Both the position numbers and the translations under genes were made by a program. This document shows, piece after piece, positions 20,203 through 30,770 of a stretch of DNA of 41,923 bases. Source of the DNA: Ignisphaera sp. (GTDB lineage Archaea > Thermoproteota > Thermoprotei_A > Sulfolobales > Ignisphaeraceae); NCBI GenBank assembly GCA_038821645.1, contig JAWBDT010000003.1, positions 1 to 41,923 of the forward strand, read 5' to 3'. Each line of letters opens with the position of its first letter. Position 1 is the first letter of the stretch. The notes beneath the pieces are model-generated. The model was not told the DNA's origin and did not search any database. It worked only from the letters and a program-made list of their open reading frames with translations.

Positions 20203-20307
20203 GGACTTGTAGTTCACATAATTAAGGTATAGTAAGTTTTTTAACCCCTGTACATAGTATAGGAATAACTTGGTGAACATCTTGGAAACATAAATACTGA
20301 ATCCAAT

Positions 20308-21498
20308 ATGTATAGAGTTGTGAAAGAGGAGGTATTTCTAAAATGTATTAAATGTGGACATGAATATATACCATCTCCCAGATTGTTCATATGCCCCAAA
20401 TGTGGTTCACTACTAGAGGTTATCATTAACAATACAAAGTTTGAATGGAACAAGATTAAGACTAGACGGTTCGGTGTATGGAGATATAGAGAGCTATTAC
20501 CCATAAGAGATGATGTAGAACCAGTAACAATGTGTGAAGGAGGTACACCATTAATTAAAGCTCTAAACCTATACGAAAGAAAACACGTAGCTATACCCAA
20601 CACCTATATAAAATTTGAAGGAGCTAACCCCACAGGTAGTTTTAAGGATCGTGGAATGACTGTAGGAGTAACTATAGCAAAATACATAAATGTTGATGGT
20701 GTAGTAGTAGCAAGCACAGGAAATACAGCTGCTTCGGCAGCTGCTTACGCAGCTAGAGCTGGACTTAAATGCATTGTAGTTCTACCTAAAGGATCTGTTG
20801 CCAAAGGTAAAATAGCTCAAGCACTTCTACATGGAGCTGAGATCAAAGAGATAGAGGGATCGTTCGATAACGCTCTTGAAGAAGTATTTGAATCTATTGT
20901 AGAAGGTGAGTTTAAGAACATGTATCCACTAAATTCCTATAACCCGTGGCGTCTAGAAGGACAAAAGACAATAGCCTATGAGATAGTAGATGAACTTGGA
21001 AAAGTACCGGATTATGTGATAGTACCAGTTGGTAATGCGGGAAATATTTCAGCCATATGGAAAGGATTCAAAGAGCTCTATAGTCTTGGTTACATAGACA
21101 AACTTCCTAAGATGATAGGGGTTCAAGCAGAAGGAGCAGCACCACTAGCATCAGCATGGAGAGAAGGACTTTCTGAACCTCTATATGTGGATAAACCAAA
21201 CACTATTGCCTCGGCCATAAGAATCGGAAAACCAATCAATTGGCCTAAGGCATTCAAAGCTGTTAAAGAGTCCCACGGTTTCTTCATTGATGTTAGTGAT
21301 GAAGAAATAATTAATGCGATGAAACTACTGGCTAGGGTTGAAGGATTAGGGGTAGAGCCTGCAAGTGCAGCATCCTTGGCTGGACTGATGAAATGCGAGA
21401 GAGAAGGCAAAATCGATAAGGATAGTCTTGTGGTACTTATAGCGACAGGTCATGCGCTAAAGGATCCTGACACAATTATAGGTAAAGTAGTTATATAG
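20308..21498 (+). CDS. thrC: Threonine synthase
   Basis: Zn ribbon CxxC..CPKCG, EGGTPL, NPTGSFKDRG, ASTGNT, RLEGQKT, PVGNAGN; own TATA-like TTTTTTAA at 20237-20244. Confidence 0.93.
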   Translation: MYRVVKEEVFLKCIKCGHEYIPSPRLFICPKCGSLLEVIINNTKFEWNKIKTRRFGVWRYRELLPIRDDVEPVTMCEGGTPLIKALNLYERKHVAIPNTYIKFEGANPTGSFKDRGMTVGVTIAKYINVDGVVVASTGNTAASAAAYAARAGLKCIVVLPKGSVAKGKIAQALLHGAEIKEIEGSFDNALEEVFESIVEGEFKNMYPLNSYNPWRLEGQKTIAYEIVDELGKVPDYVIVPVGNAGNISAIWKGFKELYSLGYIDKLPKMIGVQAEGAAPLASAWREGLSEPLYVDKPNTIASAIRIGKPINWPKAFKAVKESHGFFIDVSDEEIINAMKLLARVEGLGVEPASAASLAGLMKCEREGKIDKDSLVVLIATGHALKDPDTIIGKVVI

Positions 21499-21575
21499 AT
21501 TGTGAAAATGAGTTTAATGGTAATAGTTAAACGTTTATATATCCTTGTATACATAAACTTATAGAGGTCTCGACA

Positions 21576-22976
21576 TTGTATATACCTAAGTTATTGTGTA
21601 CTCAACATCCAGATGCTACTGTAAAAATTACTACTCAACAAGAGGTTGATGAAGCTCTACAAGGATACGCTATGTATGGTTGTGATGAAATTATGAGTGA
21701 TTATGAAGGAAAGTTAACACCCTATGCTCAGCCTAAAGATATTGTTCTTAGATCTTATGAGCTTGAAATCCCCATAGGAGAGAAATTCTTTGTAACGCCT
21801 AGGATCCCTAATCCTTCGCTAGAAGATTTCGATAGGGTTGATCTCTCAATAGAAGCAGGTCTTATAGCGAACTACTACTCCTATAAAACAATGAATGTTC
21901 AGGCTGTTAGATGGTTCATTCTGCCAATGGTTGAAGACTCTAATGTTGTCAGATTTGTGCAGAGATTAATAATAATGAAAGAGAAAGTGATAAGTGAAGA
22001 AGTTAATGCTAAGATGTTGCCTGTGCAACTCATACCTCTTATTGAGGAAACACATAAGCATATGGTTATACATGACTATGTTTCTACGATTGTATCTGTA
22101 CTTAATGAATTTGATGCACAGATAGACACATTAAGAGTATTTCTAGGTAAAAGCGATGCAGCTGTTAGAAGTGGTCATATAGCTTCCTCTCTATCGCTTG
22201 TCTATGCATTAAATGAGCTTGAAAAGTTAGCTAAAGAATACGATATAGAGATAAAACCAATTATAGGTATGGGTGTACCACCGTTTAGAGGAGCCCTAAA
22301 TAATCCAGAATTAGTTGAATATGAGGTTCAACGCTATAGAGGTTTTTCTACAGCAACTATACAATCAGCCATAAGGTACGATATACCCTATAGGGATTAT
22401 ATCATTGTAAAGAACACGATACTAGCAAATGTAGATACAAAACCAAAGCCTATGCCTCTATCTTCAGACGTTATAGGTATCATAGATCAGGCTACTAGAC
22501 TCTATAGGAGGTTAGTGTCTAAGTATTGTGATATTATACAGAAGATAGCGAATAATGTTCCAGGAACTAGAGAGAGGATATCTTGGAAAAGTTATGGAAG
22601 AATACTTCCGCTTCAAAATGAAGCGCTCTCAGTTCCCCGTGCAATAGTCTACACATCAGCTTGGTATGCAACCGGAATACCACCGACATATCTTGATGCA
22701 GAATTCGTAATAGAGATGTATAAACAGGATAAACTCGATGAGATTCTCAAACTAGTTCCCTACCTAGATAAGGAATGGCTCTACGACTCTAAATTCTATG
22801 TGCGTGATATAGCTATAGAGAGACTCAACGAAGATATTGTTAAGAAGGTTGACAAAGCGCTAGACATAATGGGCATAAAGCCTGAACCAATAGATGTCTA
22901 CAGATCTCTTCTAATGCTTAATCCAATTGAGCTACACATTACGGCCTTAGGTAAAATAAGAGGATTTTTGGGATAA
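21576..22976 (+). CDS. ppcA: Archaeal-type phosphoenolpyruvate carboxylase
   Basis: IP....TQHPD, DYEGK, RIPNP, IPLIE, RVFLGKSD, PPFRG, TIQSA, PRAI, C-terminal RGFLG; TATA TTTATATA at 21534-21541. Confidence 0.93.
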   Translation: MYIPKLLCTQHPDATVKITTQQEVDEALQGYAMYGCDEIMSDYEGKLTPYAQPKDIVLRSYELEIPIGEKFFVTPRIPNPSLEDFDRVDLSIEAGLIANYYSYKTMNVQAVRWFILPMVEDSNVVRFVQRLIIMKEKVISEEVNAKMLPVQLIPLIEETHKHMVIHDYVSTIVSVLNEFDAQIDTLRVFLGKSDAAVRSGHIASSLSLVYALNELEKLAKEYDIEIKPIIGMGVPPFRGALNNPELVEYEVQRYRGFSTATIQSAIRYDIPYRDYIIVKNTILANVDTKPKPMPLSSDVIGIIDQATRLYRRLVSKYCDIIQKIANNVPGTRERISWKSYGRILPLQNEALSVPRAIVYTSAWYATGIPPTYLDAEFVIEMYKQDKLDEILKLVPYLDKEWLYDSKFYVRDIAIERLNEDIVKKVDKALDIMGIKPEPIDVYRSLLMLNPIELHITALGKIRGFLG

Positions 22977-22980
22977 ATAG

Positions 22981-24048
22981 CTAAACTCTCACTATATTGT
23001 ATCCAGAAGCTTTCCTAAGTCTATTCATTATTGCCAAACCTATGCCGATTTCCGGAAATCCTTCAACAATAGCTATATCTACACCCATTCTATCAACATC
23101 TCTAAGTACCTTGAACAAGTTCTTGGCAATCTCATACAGGTTGTATCTAGATCCTATGACTATCGTATTTAGTTCCATAGATTTGTATTCTTCAGCAGTT
23201 TCCCTACTAGCAATAATAACGTATCTATGATTTAAATAGTTTTTAATAACCTCGATGACAGCGTTAGTATACTTTTTCAGGTCATGATAATCTGATGATT
23301 CGACAACAACGATAGGTGTTTTTGGAGCGTAGTGTTTATACTTAGTACCTGGAGCAAGAGCAATATTGCTTTCACTTAGACCTTTCGCAAAATTCGGTAC
23401 CACAATATCTTTCCCTAAAATCTCTCTCAACTTTTCAATTGGTAAAGGACCTGGTCTCAAAAGTTTAGGTGTATCTGTTGTTAGATCCACTATAGTTGAT
23501 TCTACACCAAGAAATGTTTCACCACCATCAATAATCATATCAGCTCTACCAAACATATCCACATAGACATGATGAGGAATAGTAGGACTAGGTCTACCAG
23601 AGATGTTAGCACTAGGAGCAGCAATAGGACCACTACAATCTATAAGTCTCAATGGTACAGGATGAGCAGGCATTCTAACAGCAACTGTAGGTAGACCTCC
23701 AGAAACTTCATTAGGAACCTCTCTATGTTTTTTCAGTATAAATGTTATGGGTCCTGGCCAAAGCTTTTTCGTTACATCTTTAAAGTTATCTGGAATATCT
23801 TCAGCTACTTCATATAAGTGATCGAACTTAGAGATATGAACAATTAGTGGATTATCTATAGGTCTCTCTTTTATAGCGAATATTCTCTTAACAGCATAGA
23901 TATCGAATATATATGCTCCTAACCCATAGACTGTTTCTGTAGGAAATACAACTGTAGTACTTCTGCTCCTAATCTCCCTACAGCATTGCTTCAATACTTC
24001 TTCATCAGGATTTAATGGATCTACTATGAACACTTTTGTTTTGACCAT
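22981..24048 (-). CDS. sua5: L-threonylcarbamoyladenylate synthase (Sua5)
   Basis: FPTETVYGLG, K.RP.DNPLIVH, WPGP, AAPSAN.SG, APG.KY.HYAP, AIMNRLRKA. Confidence 0.95.
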   Translation of the reverse strand: MVKTKVFIVDPLNPDEEVLKQCCREIRSRSTTVVFPTETVYGLGAYIFDIYAVKRIFAIKERPIDNPLIVHISKFDHLYEVAEDIPDNFKDVTKKLWPGPITFILKKHREVPNEVSGGLPTVAVRMPAHPVPLRLIDCSGPIAAPSANISGRPSPTIPHHVYVDMFGRADMIIDGGETFLGVESTIVDLTTDTPKLLRPGPLPIEKLREILGKDIVVPNFAKGLSESNIALAPGTKYKHYAPKTPIVVVESSDYHDLKKYTNAVIEVIKNYLNHRYVIIASRETAEEYKSMELNTIVIGSRYNLYEIAKNLFKVLRDVDRMGVDIAIVEGFPEIGIGLAIMNRLRKASGYNIVRV

Positions 24049-24054
24049 AATCTA

Positions 24055-24723
24055 TCAGCTTATAGAGATATCTATAGGTAAATCGTAGATATCTTTAGCT
24101 ATAGCTAGAGCTTCAGCTAAGTTAGTAGCTATAGGTATACCTACAGCCTCTAAGTCTTCATCTATATAATCTGTATCGCTTATCCGAAAGGTCCGTGGAT
24201 TTCTTAAGATCACTATACCATTCATCTTATTTACAATAGCAGCTATACCATCTAGAATCTTATCACCAATAAAGAGTACTTCATTAGGATTTATATCAAT
24301 AGACCTTATAGCTTTAGCAAGCTGTTCAACTCTATTAGATGCATCTTCTCTTGATGCTAGAACACCTAAGAATTTATCACAATTATAGAGCTCCATTCTA
24401 TACACTATTTTTTCGGCAGCCGATCTACTCTGCATTGTCACAAAACCTATAGGTATGTATTTACATATCTTTTTTAACAGTTCATCAGCATTATCTAAAA
24501 TAGTCATAGCATCTATAGCACTATTTTCAACAATTTCTAGGTATTTGTGTATGTATCTAAATTCATTAGATCCATAGTATCTTGATATAAAACCCAAAAA
24601 TGTTTTCGTAGATACTGGTGATAGAGATTTTATCTTAATTAAAATGCTGTTCCAGTCTATTGGGAGAAGAACTATTGTTCCATCGATATCAAATATTATT
24701 GCACTTATCTTTTGTTTCTTCAT
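24055..24723 (-). CDS. HAD superfamily hydrolase
   Basis: IIFDIDGT, VT, FIGD...D; likely start ATG 24723 rather than 24804. Confidence 0.8.
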   Translation of the reverse strand: MKKQKISAIIFDIDGTIVLLPIDWNSILIKIKSLSPVSTKTFLGFISRYYGSNEFRYIHKYLEIVENSAIDAMTILDNADELLKKICKYIPIGFVTMQSRSAAEKIVYRMELYNCDKFLGVLASREDASNRVEQLAKAIRSIDINPNEVLFIGDKILDGIAAIVNKMNGIVILRNPRTFRISDTDYIDEDLEAVGIPIATNLAEALAIAKDIYDLPIDISIS

Positions 24724-24956
24724 ACGTGTATCCCTCGAATTTACTAGAGATTCAGAAAATCTAATAACATTATATAGATCTTTGATGTGAGTTGTTGAGC
24801 ACATATGGAATATATGAATAGAGTTTTGAGCCTAATTATCAAAAAGTCAGACTTTCAATTATAAATAAAGATATCCATAGAGTTCTTCATATTTTTACGT
24901 GCTTCAAAATCAGTTATAACCTCTTTACCAGCTATATAGTTAAGGTTGAAGTTTTT

Positions 24957-27458
24957 ATGAATATTCAGAAGCATATATCTTCATTTACAATTATAGTTTT
25001 CTTTATCCTAACACCTCTACATATTGTTTTTGTTGAGGGATATATAGAGGCGATAGATGTAATCATAGTGTATAGATCTGAACAAGATCTAGATGTTGTA
25101 ATGGATCTAGGCTGTAGTATAGAGAGAATATATAATGCATTTAATATGATCCTAGCTCACTGCCCCAATAAAGTAGTTGAACAGCTAAGATCTATAAATT
25201 TCGATGTTTTTTACAACTATAATGTCAGTATAGGTGTTACTGTCGAGAATTTTAAGGTGCTAAACCCATCATTATTTGATTATAGTAGGCATCAACATCA
25301 TGAGTATGATAATGTACCTTTCTACTGGTCATGGGCAGTATCTAGAGTTTCTTCAGATATGGTCTGGAGTTATCTTGGTGAAGAAGGGATGGATTCTGTT
25401 ATCGCTATACTGGATACAGGTATAGATCCTACGCATCCTCTGATTACTGGTAAACTTATTGGATGGATAGAGTTTGACTCTAAAGGTAGACCTGTATGTT
25501 CTTCACCACGTGATACACATGGTCATGGAACATGGGTTGCTAGTATAGCTGCTGGTGGTGATGGTACTAAATATGTTTTTGGTGTAGCTCCTAAAGCTAA
25601 AATACTTTCGGCATTAGTTTTACCTAGTGGAAGAGGTACAGTAGCCCAGGTTTTAGCAGGACTTGAATGGGTTCTAGAACCTTATGACTGTAGAGGTATA
25701 AAACTAGGGATAAGAAAACCTGATGTAGTGTCTATGAGTTTTGGAGCTATAGGTAACTACTCCAACGTGTTTTTACCAGCTATAGCTAAACTGATAGAGA
25801 ATGGTATCATCCCTGTAGCTGCCATAGGAAACAGTGGCCCCTATACCTCTTCTAATCCCGGAAACATATGGGGAGTAATAGGTGTAGGAGCTATAGATCT
25901 AAACAATGATGTAACAGTATTCAGCAGTTACGAAGAAGTTGAATGGCCGGATCCTCCAAAAACGTGGCCATTTAAGAATAGATACCCTAGTCGATATATA
26001 AAGCCCGATATAGTTGCGCCAGGTGTTGATGTAGCGGGTGCTTTTCCTGGAGGATTAATAGCTATTGGTAGTGGAACAAGTGCTGCTACACCTATAGTAG
26101 CTGGAATCGCGGCTATTGTTAGTGCTAAGCTAAGGAGCCAAGGTTTTTCTGGTGCTTTACTGGTAGAGAAGGTATATGATATATTGACCTCAACAACTAT
26201 GGCTATCAATCATCCAGGTGCAGGAAAAGGTCTTGTCGATGCCTATCTTTCTGTGGCTAGAGCTAAAGGTTTAAACTTATCGAGTATAGATATAGCTGTT
26301 AATACATATTCGGCTAGACCTTTAGATAGAATATCGTTGAATATAAATGGGGTTAAAGAAGGCGAACAAATAGATATATACATATCTGGTGCAAAAGTAT
26401 ATAGTGGTCCAGTATTTTCAAAACCTGTAACTGTTGAAATACCTGTGACACATATGTATATGAACACTATAGTTGTTGTAGATAGTAAAGGACTTCATTA
26501 TGGAAAAGACTTCATATATATACTACCTCGATTGTTGGTAGATTATGTAGGTTTCTGGGGAAAGAATATCAGAGTTATGGTTACAGGTATAGGGATAGGG
26601 GATACTATAGGGATATACTTAGGGAATAACCTATTGACTCTAGATTTTGCAAACTTAAGAGGTAGCTATATATCACATCTCTTAATACCGTACGCTGAAG
26701 AAGGTGAATATAACTTAACAGTTATAGACTTCTCAACACCCACCATCACCCTCACTTCAGCAATAGTCATAAGATCATATCTTGATACAAATATGTCAAT
26801 AGTGACACAGACAGTTATCCATAATATTACTAACACATATGTAACATCTATTCCTGTAGCTGTAAACCTTAAACAGTATTATATAGCGGGATCCATAGAT
26901 TTTATTGATGTAGTTACCTATAATGCCACGCTAGATAAGGTATCAGTATCAACAGTATACCCAGTTCCAGTAACAATAGATATAGTCAATGTTACATCCT
27001 TAGGAAGAGATGTATATAGATTATGGATAAAAATAGATTCGCAAGTACTTCAAGAGACTTATGCCATTATAAATATGACACTACTAAAAGATGGCACAAG
27101 TCTTCCATATATCTTCATTACGAGAATAGTACCTAGAGACCCTTACATGATAACCCAAAACTATATTGAGGAAATGATGCATAAGATTCTCCAAAATATG
27201 ACCACAATATCCATGGTCTACAGCAAGCTAGAGAATATAGAGATGACAATCAACAAGTTAAATAAGGATATAAACAACATGTCTATGGATCTCTACCTTT
27301 TAAATTCATCGATAAGGAGTTTTAATCAAAGAGTTGACAGAGATCTAAAGAAGATGACAGAAAAGGTAAATTATATGGCTTATACTATCCTTCTAGCCAT
27401 AACTTTAGCTGTAACATCAATAATTATTGCAATACGTATGCGACATAAAACCACCTAA
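24957..27458 (+). CDS. Secreted, membrane-anchored S8 (subtilisin-like) serine protease
   Basis: Signal peptide, propeptide, ILDTG, HGHGTWVA, AIGN, GTSAATP; C-terminal heptad region plus TM helix. Confidence 0.9.
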   Translation: MNIQKHISSFTIIVFFILTPLHIVFVEGYIEAIDVIIVYRSEQDLDVVMDLGCSIERIYNAFNMILAHCPNKVVEQLRSINFDVFYNYNVSIGVTVENFKVLNPSLFDYSRHQHHEYDNVPFYWSWAVSRVSSDMVWSYLGEEGMDSVIAILDTGIDPTHPLITGKLIGWIEFDSKGRPVCSSPRDTHGHGTWVASIAAGGDGTKYVFGVAPKAKILSALVLPSGRGTVAQVLAGLEWVLEPYDCRGIKLGIRKPDVVSMSFGAIGNYSNVFLPAIAKLIENGIIPVAAIGNSGPYTSSNPGNIWGVIGVGAIDLNNDVTVFSSYEEVEWPDPPKTWPFKNRYPSRYIKPDIVAPGVDVAGAFPGGLIAIGSGTSAATPIVAGIAAIVSAKLRSQGFSGALLVEKVYDILTSTTMAINHPGAGKGLVDAYLSVARAKGLNLSSIDIAVNTYSARPLDRISLNINGVKEGEQIDIYISGAKVYSGPVFSKPVTVEIPVTHMYMNTIVVVDSKGLHYGKDFIYILPRLLVDYVGFWGKNIRVMVTGIGIGDTIGIYLGNNLLTLDFANLRGSYISHLLIPYAEEGEYNLTVIDFSTPTITLTSAIVIRSYLDTNMSIVTQTVIHNITNTYVTSIPVAVNLKQYYIAGSIDFIDVVTYNATLDKVSVSTVYPVPVTIDIVNVTSLGRDVYRLWIKIDSQVLQETYAIINMTLLKDGTSLPYIFITRIVPRDPYMITQNYIEEMMHKILQNMTTISMVYSKLENIEMTINKLNKDINNMSMDLYLLNSSIRSFNQRVDRDLKKMTEKVNYMAYTILLAITLAVTSIIIAIRMRHKTT

Positions 27459-27540
27459 ACTATAAGAAAACTATAAGAGTAAAATCTTAAGCTATTTTCA
27501 ATTTTTATTTTATTATCAGCTAGACTTTAACTAAAAATGA

Positions 27541-28089
27541 GTGGTGAAGACTATGATTAGAGTATGCATTGGCAGTAAGAATCCAGTTAAATTAAAAGGA
27601 GTTGAGAAAGCTTTTAGACAGTTCTTTGACGTAGTTAAAGTTGAAGGATATGGTGTTGAAGATATACCCAAACAACCTATTGGTCTAAAGAATATACTGA
27701 AATTCGCTAGATATCGGGCTGAAAAAATTAAAGAAATAGACTCTCTATGCGACTTTTATCTAGGTATCGAGGCTGGGTTAATAGATATAGAGGAACTAGG
27801 ATATTTTGATGTTCATATAACATGTTTAATTGACAAAAACAATAGACTATCTTACGGCTTTTCCCCAGCATTTGCTATACCCAAAAAGTTTGCAGATCTT
27901 CTTGTTTCTGGAGTTTATGAAGAACTTGAAGAAATTGTTGATACTTATTATGGTACATCAAATATTGGCGATAAAGGTGGTTTTATAAGCTTGTTGACGA
28001 AAAACAATGTTGTGAGAGAAGATCTTGTTTATTATTCTGTGGTTATGGCATTAATACCTATAATTAATCTAGATACATATCTACAGTAG
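27541..28089 (+). CDS. yjjX: Non-canonical purine NTP phosphatase (inosine/xanthosine triphosphatase)
   Basis: GSKNPVK, QPIG, GIEAG, EL, G.I..LT...V.R. Confidence 0.88.
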   Translation: MVKTMIRVCIGSKNPVKLKGVEKAFRQFFDVVKVEGYGVEDIPKQPIGLKNILKFARYRAEKIKEIDSLCDFYLGIEAGLIDIEELGYFDVHITCLIDKNNRLSYGFSPAFAIPKKFADLLVSGVYEELEEIVDTYYGTSNIGDKGGFISLLTKNNVVREDLVYYSVVMALIPIINLDTYLQ

Positions 28090-28333
28090 AGTATTGATGA
28101 GCTCAGATAAACTATACAAAATTATTGAAGAATTCCATGGATACAATTCTGCAGATATTTCTATAAGCAGTTTGAGAGCTAAAAGAATATGGACACGAGT
28201 TTAGAAGTTGATATACGGAAACTAATCAAAAGGACTAAACAAATTTATGCAACAGTTGTCCTAGAGCAGTTAAGCAATAAAGAATTTATTAAAAAGAATT
28301 CACTAAATCTAGATAGAAAAATTGTAAAAAGGA

Positions 28334-30454
28334 CTAAAGCTCTATAGCGGTACCTTGCGTTGGTATCTCATTGAATAATCCATTGATTAAAGCTACAACA
28401 GTGCCCTGAACCTTAAATTTAGCTGAAATATTCTTTTCTTTGATACTGTATGTGGTCATCGGATATGGAGGCAGTATGTACTCCTTTAACCCTATGATAG
28501 CGTTTCCATCAATAACTTTCGAGAACACGTATATATCGACCTCGAGTTCACCTAATGTTATCTCTAGATTGTCACTACTATCCATGATGCCGCATCTTCC
28601 GGTAAAGACGCTATAGTATGCATAAAGACCAGGCTCAACATTAAACGGTAAGTGCTTTAACGATATACTGTCTGTGATTGTGATACCTTCTCTATTTATA
28701 TTGAATACTGCTACAACAGGAAAACCTCTACATCTTGAAGCAATTTTCAGCAACACATCCTCGTTATAGGGATCACTAAACAACACGTCTTTTGTAGGTG
28801 AAGCTGGTTCATCAACTCTAACCACATCTCCATCAGGTAAAACAATCTTCTTCAACAGCTCTACATCTGTTTTCTCAGGATGTCTGTCTGTTATATATAT
28901 AGGTCCTCCACTAAACACTCTAGAAACAGCATGGATTTTTGAGTAAGGGTCGTAGGTTATCCACATATCATAATCTGGGTAAGCTATATGGCTAAAGAGT
29001 AGAGAATTGTATGTATTGAACAATATATGGAGTTTTGTGTCAGCTTTCCAGAAAGGTATATAGTCTATGGATGTTCTCATAACATTACTTATTAGGAAAT
29101 TGCTATAGTTCTCTGGTGTCATAGACATACAGTTCAATATATCGAGATTATTTACTTCAGCTGCTAACTGTAATCCATACTCGATTTCTTTAGATGCTTC
29201 CCCTACATGTTTTGTTCCTTGATAGAGTAAATGTATTATCCATTGATTATCTATCTTGAGAAAGCTGAAGCCTAGATCTTTAATCCATGAGAAGAACTTA
29301 TTATAGAAATGATAGGCTGATGCTATATCTGGTGGAGGTACATATGAATCAAACGGAGGATATCTATAGCCTTCTACATCAAGTTCATCGATAAACCGTT
29401 TGCTTGTACCACCCCAATACATATTTATTGTAGACCATAGACCTACAAATTCTATACCCAGATTTTTAAGTTCTTTAACAAGTTGCTGAAATCCATAGGG
29501 AAACCTAGATCTATCAACATCCAGTCTCTCTATAACCTTAGAGAACCAGTAATAAGACCTAGGTGAAGATGCTATCTGCCATCCATCGTCAACTATAATC
29601 CACTTTATAGGTACACCCCTTTCCCTAAGTCCCTTAACTATGTTTATGATATTATTGTGTGATAAATCTTCTGTTAATAGAGCATTCCACGAACACCAGC
29701 CAAGACCCTGCATAAATATGGGTTTCTTCTTCAATTTTCTTGGTTTGAAACCAGATACCTTAGCTGCTTTATGAACACAATCCTCGATAACTTTATATGG
29801 ATCATTATCGATAGAGTATGTAAAGAGATGTGTCATCTCTATTTCATAAGAAGCTTTACCATTAAACACAGTTATCCTCGATCCAGGACCTATATATGAT
29901 GTAACTCTGCTACTTAATGTCGTAAGAGCTATATATTTTTTGGCAACATCAAGTAACATAAATATAGAGTACTTAGGCACCTCATTGATGTTTCTAAGTA
30001 CTAAAGGATAAGTCCAGCAGGGAACTCTAGATACATGATCTACATAACTGAGATCTATCTTAGATAAAGATGGATAAGGTATAGCATCAGATGGTCTTTC
30101 TACTCTAGGTTCTCTATCTATAGCCAAGTAGTTGTAGTAACCAAATCCTTTACCAAGTTCTTCAGCAACAGCAGTATTTAGCGTTAAAACAAGAACACGC
30201 GAAACATTTTCATCAATCTCTAAATCTATGATTAACGATTCGTAAGGTGAGAAAAGTTTCAATCTAGATACGGCTTTGATAACGGTAATAACACCATCTC
30301 TATCCTCTAAATGAACCTCAAAATCTCTACATAAAAATTTATATAATTTGGTTATACCACTAAAATTAGTTTCACAACGATCACAAATTTCATGGGATCC
30401 ATCAGCAAAAAACGCTGTTACGCGTTTCGGTACGAATACCACGAACTTCACCAT
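28334..30454 (-). CDS. GH36 Sip1/raffinose-synthase-type alpha-galactosidase
   Basis: GWCSWNA, IVDDGWQ, KIDNQ, NCMS, RTSIDY, PDYDMW, SGGPIYITD; likely start ATG 30454. Confidence 0.88.
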   Translation of the reverse strand: MVKFVVFVPKRVTAFFADGSHEICDRCETNFSGITKLYKFLCRDFEVHLEDRDGVITVIKAVSRLKLFSPYESLIIDLEIDENVSRVLVLTLNTAVAEELGKGFGYYNYLAIDREPRVERPSDAIPYPSLSKIDLSYVDHVSRVPCWTYPLVLRNINEVPKYSIFMLLDVAKKYIALTTLSSRVTSYIGPGSRITVFNGKASYEIEMTHLFTYSIDNDPYKVIEDCVHKAAKVSGFKPRKLKKKPIFMQGLGWCSWNALLTEDLSHNNIINIVKGLRERGVPIKWIIVDDGWQIASSPRSYYWFSKVIERLDVDRSRFPYGFQQLVKELKNLGIEFVGLWSTINMYWGGTSKRFIDELDVEGYRYPPFDSYVPPPDIASAYHFYNKFFSWIKDLGFSFLKIDNQWIIHLLYQGTKHVGEASKEIEYGLQLAAEVNNLDILNCMSMTPENYSNFLISNVMRTSIDYIPFWKADTKLHILFNTYNSLLFSHIAYPDYDMWITYDPYSKIHAVSRVFSGGPIYITDRHPEKTDVELLKKIVLPDGDVVRVDEPASPTKDVLFSDPYNEDVLLKIASRCRGFPVVAVFNINREGITITDSISLKHLPFNVEPGLYAYYSVFTGRCGIMDSSDNLEITLGELEVDIYVFSKVIDGNAIIGLKEYILPPYPMTTYSIKEKNISAKFKVQGTVVALINGLFNEIPTQGTAIEL

Positions 30455-30770
30455 ATCATCAAACGTTACCGAGATAGTATTAAAATTTATCAAAACATCA
30501 ATTGAGTCAAAAATATGTAGTAGCCATATTGAGAGAAACAATAAGAATAATTTTGCGCACTTTTGCATACTCTAGAAATACTGAATTATATACTATGATT
30601 AATGATCATTCCAAGTTTTTCACTATATCATATTGAATAGGGCTATTTTGTTACATCATTTTTATGATCGTGAATATTACATTATTATCTTAATTCTATG
30701 AATATATGGATTAGTAGTAGTATCTAAATACCTCTAACACATGTTATCGCTTCTCTTGTTATATCATATT

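Noticed and set aside
30455-30568. Apparent signal-peptide-like N-terminal extension of GH36
   Set aside because: Probably read-through of AT-rich promoter DNA; a more plausible ATG lies at 30454
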